64,000 nt of DNA from Hormiphora californensis (taxonomy: Eukaryota > Animalia > Ctenophora), in contig CM035351.1 of assembly GCA_020137815.1 (NCBI GenBank), positions 2,666,001 through 2,730,000 on the forward strand. The letters are read 5' to 3'. Made by a program: the position numbers and the translations under genes. The notes under the pieces are model-generated. The model made no database searches. It was not told the DNA's origin and worked only from the letters and a program-made list of their open reading frames with translations. Shown in pieces: positions 1 to 9,041 of the stretch. Position 1 is the first letter of the stretch. Each line of letters opens with the position of its first letter.

Positions 1-711
1 ACTCTTGAGGTCTACACAGCCAACAGGGATTGGGCTGATACAGACAGCACCATATACGTTAGTATAATCGGGTCCAAGGGGGAGTCCACTGGGCACAAGT
101 TGGATAAATCCTGGTACAATGACTTCCAAAAAGGGAAGATTGACACGTATAGTGTTCACGTTGATGAAAACATTGGAAATTTGAAGTGCATCCGGTTCAC
201 AACGGCTGACTTTGACGCCTGGCTGGTTGAGAAGGTGATAGTTACTCCAGAGGGAGACAAGGACTACTATTTATACAATGTCGATGGAACCCTGCTGTCC
301 TCTGACCCTAATGATAACGCCGAAAGCTCCTTAAAACTGTGCAGTCAAGGAGCAGAAACCTACTACATCACTACCAAGACCTCAACAGAGAATAACGCGT
401 GGAGCGATAACATCTGGGTTAGGATGACGATAACTGGCCAGAAAGGCAGCACACAGACGGGGTACCTGGATAACCGGGGCAGTAACGACTTCATGAAGGG
501 TGAAGAGGACACTTTCGTCTTCCCGGGGATGAAGTTTGTCGGCAAGGTAAAGTGTATCAAGTTGGAAGTCGAGGGGGACGATATGTGGAAGTTTGACTAC
601 ATTGAGATTCATTGTGATCGGTACAGGAGCCCCTTTTTCTTCCACAACGAGAAGAACTTGTGGTTATCCAGCAATGTGCAGGAGGGAGAGAACTCCATCA
701 AGATTTGTTAA
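1..711 (+). CDS. Double PLAT/LH2-domain protein, 5' end outside window
   Basis: Frame is open from base 1 (TLEVYTANRDWADTDSTIYVSIIGSKGES...NDFQKGKIDTY...IGNLKCIRF...AWLVEKVIV). A second repeat follows (YYITTKTS...MTITGQKG...NDFMKGEEDTF...WKFDYIEI). Both fit the PLAT consensus. Stop TAA at 709-711. Confidence 0.85.
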   Translation, partial: TLEVYTANRDWADTDSTIYVSIIGSKGESTGHKLDKSWYNDFQKGKIDTYSVHVDENIGNLKCIRFTTADFDAWLVEKVIVTPEGDKDYYLYNVDGTLLSSDPNDNAESSLKLCSQGAETYYITTKTSTENNAWSDNIWVRMTITGQKGSTQTGYLDNRGSNDFMKGEEDTFVFPGMKFVGKVKCIKLEVEGDDMWKFDYIEIHCDRYRSPFFFHNEKNLWLSSNVQEGENSIKIC

Positions 712-1623
712 TATACTATCGGACAATAACTAGCCACGTTAATTATGAGAATCTCTAGTCGAGTTTTTTAGTCGGGATTTGCATGAAGAGTCCATGATTG
801 TGTCCATTACAACTTTAATTTCAAACAAAAATTAGTGCGTTTTTCTAAAAGATGTCCTCTGCTTGGTGGTAGACTCACGTGTAAAATAATATACGCCATG
901 TGTCCACGGGAGGATTGCACGAGCCACATGGGATCATGTGCTGTAAAATCGGGGCAGATATGTGGAGGGACCATTGTCTTCATAGAATGAAAATTTTCTA
1001 TGAATCAGGCCCGGGAGTTTTTGTAAACCCCCGATCAGTTTCACATCCCTTTCTAAATCAATAAAATCTTCATATTGGTTGGGATCGAATCGGTGGTTTA
1101 CTGGTGTGGCTGGATAAAGGGGCGTGACGTGCCTAATTCAGTGGTCCCTGTCTCACAATAAATCAAGTTCCGGGGCTTCGGTGATAAGTAAAAGCTCACA
1201 ACTACCTATAATAGCTCAGGACACTTCGCAAGACGAGAAAGCAAAGTAACGGTTAAAAGGCTACACTGCCCCATACACCCTGTGAGATTTATAGCACAGC
1301 AACTAGAGCTGGGAGGGACACGTCAAAGTACAGCTGTTTTCGTGCTGAGAATACTATTCTGAATAGTGACAGTGTTAGGCCAATGCTTTGACGGGGTGTC
1401 CGGATCATCCTTTCAAAATAGTACCACCAGAGTTCCGAGGAAGGATCGTATCATCCTTCTCCAACTATAACAGTTAGAGAGAATCTTTAGTTTAATTTTC
1501 AGTTTGTTTACATAAAATCGTGTTCGGACATATATACCTACAGGATTTTCTGTGTGCAAGGGCTGTAACTCAATTTTCTAACCCCCCCGTTACGTTGCAA
1601 ACCGGATAACGGAAAGTTGAAAA

Positions 1624-4058
1624 ATGATCTCTCTTCTGTTGTTTGCAGGCCTTGTCTGTGCAGGTCACGGCCTAAACTTTAAAGTTGATGTCTTCACGAG
1701 CAATGTGGAGAGTGCAGGAACTGACGCAGACATCTTCCTGTCTCTGGTCGGAACACGGGGAAGGAGCGTTGAGAAAAAATTGGACAGAGGACTCCGAAAC
1801 GATCTGGAGAGGAATTCCCATAATGACTTCTATCTGAAGGAGGTGACAGGTTTGGGAACATTGAAGTGCATTCATCTGAGGACCACATCTGGCGACTCCT
1901 GGAGACCTCAGCGCATTGTTTTAACCGATACGGATTCAGCGGAGCAGTGGTTTTTCTACAACGCTCTAGGAACCTTGATGTCTAATGACCCAAACGATGG
2001 GGGACGGGAGCGGATGTTGTTGTGTGAACAAGGGAAGGATACCCTGACTGTTTATGTCAAGACTGCTGATCAGGATTGGGCAGCTAGTCCTAGAAACTCC
2101 CTCCTAATGACGGTCACAGGTACTGAAGGGAGGGCTGGACTAGGATTCCTAAACGATAAGGACAGAAAGAATTTCCAACAAGGAGCCACTGATGAGTTTA
2201 CATTCCCGGGTGTGAAGTACATTGGATCAGTACTAAAGGTGGAGATGAGGGTTCTCGGGTCGGATGCCTGGAAGTTTGAGAGTATAGAGATAAAGGTATC
2301 TGGGAACCCTACCCTACCAAAAATAATTCGTTCGATATCATAGCTTGGCAGTGAAAGTGATGTAGCGTTTTCCTAACAATATTAATCTAAATTGATCGAG
2401 ATATCGATATATTTCGAACAATTTTTGAACGATTTTTGTTAACGATGTCCTGAAGTTGTCGTAGATTTTCGTTAAAGTAAGAGTGGCGCGCCATGTTTTC
2501 TCACAAAACTTGGTGAATGAACGGGGAGTACCACCAGGACCATTGGTACGGTATAGAAAATTTCCAATTCCGTCTCATTTATTAGTTATGACGTAATATG
2601 TTCATTATTCAAAAATTAGCTTGATGGCTATAATAGAGTGCTCAATCTTTTCAGAGAGCTATTAACACGAAAACCAAAGAAAACGAATTTTCACAGAAAA
2701 TTCGTTTTCTTTGGTTTTCGTGTTAATATGTTCATTATTTCAACTTTCACAAAATTGCTCTACAGAAAAATCTGTTCATTGTGGATTGAAATGGATGCTT
2801 GCATCGTGTTCAGCGTCAAAAAATAGCCGGGGTACCAAATTTTGGTGTCTCTACCTTGTCTGTGACGCGAGATATTGACAAATATCAAAAACGACAAAAG
2901 TGAGAGAAAGAGAGATTGTTAAAGTGTAAGCGAAACTAAAACGAACCCCCTGCGCGGCTCAAATTGAACGTTTTTGGTCATAACTCCGTCAATTCTTAAC
3001 CAAATCGCTTAAATTTGGGCTCGGTGGAAAGCCCTGAATGCCCTCTTGCCAATGAACCTAAGATTGTGCAATTTGGTCAAGAATTGCCGGAGTTATGACC
3101 AAAAACGACCGAATGTACTTTTTCAGCACTATTTAGTTTGTTTTAGGTCATAGCTCCGTCAATTCTTGACGAAATTGCATAAACCTGGGTTCATTGGAAA
3201 GAAGACATTCAGGGCTTTCCAACGAGCCTAAATTTAAGCGATTTGGTCAAGAATTGACGGAGTACAATGAAATAGTGTTTATTTAGGACTGTAGACGACT
3301 CGGAGATATATTTCAGGAAAGATAATACGGGACGGTTTCGACGTTTAACGTCATCATCAGCTCAAATTAATTTGTTTAAAGTAGTGTTGAAAAGTTTGAA
3401 ACTTTGAAACCGTCCCGTATTATCTTTCCTGAAATAAATCTCCGAGTCGTCTACAGTCCTAAATAAACACTATTTCATTGTATCAAAACTATGCGACTCA
3501 AAAACAGCCTATTGGTCAACTTATTGATTCAATTGACGGAGTTATAACCAAAAACGTTCAATTTGAGCCGCACAGGGGGTTCGTTTTAGTTTCGCTTACA
3601 CTTTACAAGTGGGTGGCGCGAACAAACAACTAGCACCCAAAGATAACAAACTCTCTTTCTCCCATTTTTGGTCGTTTTTGATAATTGAAAACACGGCACG
3701 CCATATCGAGGAACTGCTTTTCCTGTAAGTGTTTAACACCCCGTATATTATACACCCCTCTTCACTTACAGGAAAAGCAGGTCCTCGATATTTGTTAACG
3801 AAAATCTACGACAACTTCAGGACATCGTGAACAAAAATCGTTCAAAAATTGTTCGAAATATATCGATATCTCGATCAATTTAGATCAATATTGTTAGGAA
3901 AACGCTACATCACTTTCACTGCCAAGCTATGATATCGAACGAATTATTTTTCACAGGGTAGAGCTAAGTTCTACAATTTATATGATGAATGGATGTCAAC
4001 TAATCCTGCTGACGGCAAGAACGAACTGACTCTTGATGAAAAGACTGAATGGAAGTGA
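1624..4058 (+). CDS. Secreted double PLAT/LH2-domain protein, paralog of 1-711, interrupted by a TIR element; probable exons 1624-2295 and 3957-4058
   Basis: Signal peptide MISLLLFAGLVCAGHG, then FKVDVFTSNVESAGTDADIFLSLVG...NDLERNS. The C-terminus resumes after the insertion as RAKFYNLYDEWMSTNPADGKNELTLDEKTEWK* (TGA 4056-4058), matching the FYNxxxxLSxxPxD end of the other repeats. Confidence 0.8.
3325..3360 (-). ncRNA. Minimal type-I hammerhead ribozyme core (stem I 5' strand missing)
   Basis: Minus strand: CTGATGA-T-GACGT(TAA)ACGTC-GAAA-CCG-TC, giving the CUGAUGA box, a 5-bp stem II, the GAAA box, a minimal stem III and a GUC cleavage triplet. Confidence 0.6.
3361..3403 (-). other. Retroposed copy of ctenophore spliced-leader exon
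   Basis: Minus strand reads AGTTTCAAACTTTTCAACACTACTTTAAACAAATTAATTTGAG, matching my recollection of the Pleurobrachia/Hormiphora SL. It is not followed by a GT donor or an Sm site, so it is not an SL RNA gene. Confidence 0.8.
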
Positions 4059-4589
4059 CTGGACAGGGGCCGCGCATTTACAAAAGTCGATTTGCGCGTG
4101 CTAAACGTTTTCGCTCATATCTCCTGTTCCTGATAAGATAAAGATTTGGTCTTGGTTGCGCGGCGTTGAAAATGTCTTAAAATTATCTTTCCGACGCTTC
4201 CGGGTTCAACTTGATCTCGATTATCACACGCAAATACAAAGCCGCGCGACCCCTCTGAATGCACGGCCCCCTGTCCCTTGATTAAAAAATTCGACTTTAG
4301 GGTTGGAGAGAAACTGTAATTTTTGTAGTGAAATCTATTCGTGACCAAATCGTTTTTGTTTTGTATTTCTTCTAACCGAATAAGATCACCATGTTACCAC
4401 AACATTCCTCCTAAGAATGGAATAGAACTCCATCACCCAAAACACTAGTCTAGTAGCCAGTAGGAATAAAGTAGTGGAAGAAGTCTAAGACTCCCTTCAT
4501 TCCTTTATTCCTACCTTTCTAGTCTCTACCTCCATCCACCTCCCTAATTCTTACCTTTTTACATCCCTCCCTCATTCTTACCTCCCTCC

Positions 4590-4745
4590 ACCATGCTGCA
4601 GCCACCTCCCTAATTTCTACCTCTCTCCACTCCCTAATTTTTACCTCTCTACGGCCTCCCTCCACTCCCTAATTCTTACCTCTCTCCACTCCCTAATTTT
4701 TACCTCTCTACCTCCCTCCACTCCCTAATTCTTACCTCTATCTTC
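4590..4745 (+). repeat. Pyrimidine-rich minisatellite (~24-bp unit CCACTCCCTAATTYTTACCTCTCT) leading into the GPCR acceptor
   Basis: About 5-6 degenerate tandem copies are visible. Confidence 0.75.
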
Positions 4746-4751
4746 CTCCAG

Positions 4752-5475
4752 GTACAAGAGCGTGGTAACAAGCCGATCAGTTCGCTACACCATGTTATCC
4801 ATTCTCTGCTACTCCCTAACAATCACAGTCTTCATCCTGGTCACCACCCCACAGTACCAATACCAACGTCTCACAGCCAGCTGGGGTGTCTGTGTCCAGT
4901 CCTTCCGGTCAGCCTACAAACAGAACAAGTCCCTTAATTTCGTGTTCCTCGTCTTCAGGGTGATTGAGACTGTGGCTGCCAACGTTTGCATTATCACCCT
5001 AACCTGCCTCTCCCTTCTCAAGATCTCCCAGCGACCAAAGGTTCTGAGCTCCGGGAAGACGAACAAGGACAGATATGTTAGTGTGACCATGCTGGTGATC
5101 AGTGCTTGTTTTGTCCTCTGTTACTCTCCCTTTATCCTCTACATCTTCTTCACCCTTTTCCCCTCCATTGTGTCTCGGGAGGCTGAGCTCATAGCGGGGC
5201 AGACCGTGGTTACGATGCTTGAAATCACCAGCTTCTCCAACCCATTTGTCTACCTGGCGAGGAACCGACAGGTGAAGAGTCGCCTGATAGCCACTTTTAG
5301 CTCCCAGTGTGACATGTTTGCAGCTCGATGGCAGAGTTTTAGGGCCAACTGCAGCGGCTCCAATACTACCAGCACCACCCTTGATACGGCCTGTGTTATC
5401 CTGGATAATAAGAGCATTGATGCCACCGCTGTAACCTCTGATGTTGTCGAGAATGACATCACGTGTGAGCTGTGA
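4752..5475 (+). CDS. Rhodopsin-class GPCR, last exon (end of TM3 to C-terminus)
   Basis: Acceptor cttcctccag|G-TAC completes (D)RY. TM6 SACFVLCYSPF (CWxP-like) and TM7 SFSNPFVY (NPxxY). Upstream exons were not found in the window. Confidence 0.8.
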
Positions 5476-5678
5476 GCCAATCAGAGGCCGCCATTGACAT
5501 TGCTCTCAGCCAATCAGAGAAGACTGGGTCTGGGCGAGAATGACATAACCCCTTGCGTTTAAAAGCAGCAGGGAGGCTCTGCCGTGGAGCTTGTTGATTA
5601 ATGTGGAGGGGGCGTGTTCAAAGGACCTGGCTACATCCCCGATTTGATACGACATACGACCTGCATGGTTGGGGAGAT

Positions 5679-5786
<108 letters not shown>

Positions 5787-6145
5787 TCAAGGCAAGGGAC
5801 TAAATAACTATAGGTGTAATTCAAATTGGAGTGGATCGATGTGTTACGGAGACGTATAATTGACAATTGGCTGAGTTAACTGGGGAGAAACAATAAAAAA
5901 CCATTGTACACACTGACACAAAGAATATTTTACACCGCTATCTACACAACCTATTTTAATACACACTTCACGAACTAACCACGTCTGGGCCATAATCACA
6001 GTTTTTGTTTCTTAGTTAAACCGCATGGTTCAAGTTTCAACCGTTAATATATTTCATCGCCTACCCTTTATTTCCCATCTCATTATCTCAAAAAGCACAA
6101 AACTTAAAATAAATACATTTCTCAAATCACTATATAACGACCATC

Positions 6146-7404
6146 ACCCGGGTTCAACGTTTTGGGCTTTAGAAAGAGAAATATTTTCTAATCCCATTAT
6201 TCCCAGCTGCTGAGCCTTCCGCTCCTCGCTAGCTACTTGATAGCGCATTCTCCTGTGTATTTTGTACCTGTGAACGAGACGGATAATTAGTTTGTGTGTG
6301 TGAACATGTTTTGTGTTATTGTAAACAACATATGTGTTTTGCTTGTTACTAAAACGTGATTGTCTCCTCTTCGATTTGCATAAATAACGTCACCCTCACA
6401 ATTGAATATCCCATTGATAAAGTGCCGCATAACACGGGGCTGCTCGAGTGGTAAGTGATTGGACTACCAGAGGTCACACTGCTGCTGCAGTCACACACAT
6501 CTGCAGAAGCTGTTGATGAACTGCGCGGCGGGAATGGCAACACACGATGCTAACATTTTGTACTTTCAATTGCTGCGCGCGGTAGAAACGAGCAACAACA
6601 ATCAGCCTGGGGATCCAATATCACAACTGTGTCATGTTGTCTGTCCGGACACTAAGCAAAACAACACATACTTCACCATTACAATACAAGGGTCACAATT
6701 ATCTTACCACTTTAATCGCTCAGCAGTATCTGCCTCTGTGCTACTATTTAGATAATCCCACCTAAGCGCTATATCACATTTATCATCATCCCCTCCTGTC
6801 CCTGACCGGTCCTGTATCTGAGGAATTGATAGTCTTTGGGGTCTTTTTTTTGTAGCAAGGAACATAATGATCTTATAATGTTATAGTGATTTTAGCAAGA
6901 TCATGTTAGTAGTCAGATCATCGTTGTAGAATTAGACTACTGTCTCTTGCTTGTGAGCCCCCATGATACAATAGCACAAGACATGCATTTAGTATAGGGG
7001 GAGCATGTACTACCCCGGCTACTAATATAAAACACAATATGGGCCAGTAATAATGTACCGTATTGCAGGTGTTGTTAGGACAGCTGTTGTTGATGACTGT
7101 GTGACTGGGTGTCACGTACTGCTGAGTAGTCCTAACTTGGGTAGTCGAAACTAGAGGGGGGATATTGTTATTACTCAGCCACTATGAAGTAGGTGATTGA
7201 TAAATAAATTTAAAAAAGATAAAAATATTAAAATAGAAAACACAAGTACATAATACCTTTTTTAGGTTTCTGCTTTTTAGATTTTGGTTTTTTCTTAGCT
7301 CCAATTCCATTCTTTTCTTCCGCAATGATATTAGTAGTTTTCGCTTTCTTCTTCTTTTTTTGTTTTTCGTTAGACGACTGGCTTGATTTGCCTTCTGAGT
7401 CCAT
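6146..7404 (-). CDS. Putative small multi-exon Lys-rich protein gene (model incomplete)
   Basis: Exon 7404-7257 MDSEGKSSQSSNEKQKKKKAKTTNIIAEEKNGIGAKKKPKSKKQKPKK with a GT donor. Candidate last exon from ~6268 (YKIHRRMRYQVASEERKAQQLGIMGLENISLSKAQNVEPG*). Middle exon phases could not be reconciled. Confidence 0.35.
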
Positions 7405-7599
7405 TGCTACAATCTACACAGTATAAAGGTGGGTTAGCAAATATTATCGATCAGGAATGAAGGAGTAAAACGGCCAGAGATTGTCAAATTAAAACAAAAC
7501 ACAAAAAACTTTATAATATTCTCTCGTCAACATTCTCTCAAGTACTACTACTTATTTCGTCATGGTGTCTAGTGTCTATTACATAAAATGTGAGGGCGT

Positions 7600-8280
7600 T
7601 CAGTAGCGTCCTGCCCCGAACTCACACCCCGGAGCACAATGGGCTGCCAGGGAAATCGGATCACTTCGAGAACTCGGCTTAACTTTATACTCAACTAAAT
7701 CCTCGTTTCCAATATTAACTCTAATTAGGCCCTTGTGCTCGGAATCATCGGCCCCCACACAAAGTGGACATTGTGTTCCCGCGTGACTGTCTCTGGCTCT
7801 ATAGTCCGCCCCTACTGCATATGTCTGGACACATTGGTGGGGTTTCTCAACCACACTAACTCCACCCTCACCTTGCTGTGTTTCAGAGAACGTGGCTGCA
7901 CAAAGTTGTGAGTTGTTGGTCCGGAACCGCTCTAAATCAGCAAAATAGGAGTCAGGTCGATCACTCATCCGACTGCTATTATTCCGTTCAATCATGTAGT
8001 CCGGGTTTATGCTGCGTAGATTGGCAGCGAGACGAGAGTAAGATGAATCCATATTCTCCTTGAGGACTCTCCTGTGGTCCGTTTTGCAGATGGGACTATG
8101 GTTCGAGTCAATTTGTGCTGGTCGGGCGAATTTCTTGACGGGTGTACTAAAATCCCGGACTGGACGGCCCACGTTGTCCGATATTGTCCTTAGGGCTGAC
8201 CAGGATGATGTCTGACCACGGCGTAGTGTGTTCAACAGGTCTCTGTTAGCTTTCCGTAGTTCATCTAGGTCACTAGACAT
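7600..8280 (-). CDS. MIIP: Migration and invasion inhibitory protein homolog, intronless
   Basis: N-terminal LDELRKANRDLLNTLRRGQ resembles MIIP LAQLRLLNLELLRQLWVGQ. PDSYFADLERFRTNNSQLC resembles PEAFFSKLQEFRETNKEEC. HQCVQTY..CPLC..IRVNI..ISLAAHC resembles HECVYCY..CRLC..VRVSI..LALPRHC. Motifs are in the same order. Confidence 0.75.
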   Translation of the reverse strand: MSSDLDELRKANRDLLNTLRRGQTSSWSALRTISDNVGRPVRDFSTPVKKFARPAQIDSNHSPICKTDHRRVLKENMDSSYSRLAANLRSINPDYMIERNNSSRMSDRPDSYFADLERFRTNNSQLCAATFSETQQGEGGVSVVEKPHQCVQTYAVGADYRARDSHAGTQCPLCVGADDSEHKGLIRVNIGNEDLVEYKVKPSSRSDPISLAAHCAPGCEFGAGRY

Positions 8281-9041
8281 GGCTAAAAGGCGCTGATTTT
8301 TACTTTTTGGTACTCAACAGTTAACAAGCAAGACCCAACCCAGTTTTCATGGTATAGTCAGCAGCAGTCAGCACACTGCAAAATATTCCTTTGGGCAGTG
8401 CCCAAAAAATGGGCAGGCGGCGCTAAAAAAGATTGGCCCACCAAGTTTTGCACAGATCTATTGAACATCTAAATCTAATCAGTAATCACTAACCACCACA
8501 CGACTACTAATAAGTTCCTCGTTCTCAAAATAAGTTTCGAACCAGAGCTCCAATCGATAAACCGCAATATAGGCTGTTGGAGAGAGGAATAAACATCAAA
8601 TATACCAAGTTCTATCGAAATCGGTGAAGAAAGGACGAATTGTGACCTTCCAAAATCCAACTACATTTCTTTTGTCTCGCGAGACCTCTCCATCTCTTTA
8701 GAGTTTACATCTGTATGTGTGTGAAATAGTGATATTAAATACTGTTTCTGAATCTAAAGGAAGTTATTTCAATATCTCCTTCAGGTGCTGCTACACACGT
8801 GACACGTCACACACGCCCTCTGAATGGGGAAATCTCACACATACTAATAGATCTTGATTCACTAATCTAAATGAGATCTGATAGAATTAATAAATAGGGA
8901 AGTAAACCGAAAAAGACTGGGTTTGATCGGGAATCGAATATGGATAACTTTAAACTTTGCACACAAAAAAGTTCAGAGGCTCGACATAAAACTCACTCTC
9001 TCACAGCTCACTCTCTCCACCACCGACCGATAAGTTGTTAA

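Larger units (their letters stand above)
3264..3530. mobile_element. Short retro-insertion (Penelope pLTR/retrozyme-like) with inverted 5' segment carrying SL plus hammerhead core
   Basis: Flanked by 12-bp direct repeat AATTGACGGAGT (3252-3263, 3531-3542). About 77-bp inverted duplication (3263-3338 vs 3406-3482), an AATAAA, and no TIR at the right end. Confidence 0.65.
2312..3958. mobile_element. Non-autonomous TIR (foldback/MITE) element with TA target duplication
   Basis: About 160-bp inverted termini (CCCTACCAAAAATAATTCGTTCGATATC... / ...GATATCGAACGAATTATTTTTCACAGGG) with TA at 2310-2311 and 3959-3960. Internal inverted repeats at ~2660-2728, ~2917-3606 and ~3703-3791. Removing it restores the PLAT reading frame. 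Confidence 0.9.

Noticed and set aside
3361-3403. Functional SL RNA gene
   Set aside because: The SL exon is followed by CTGATGA, not a GT donor, intron or Sm site, so it is a processed copy.
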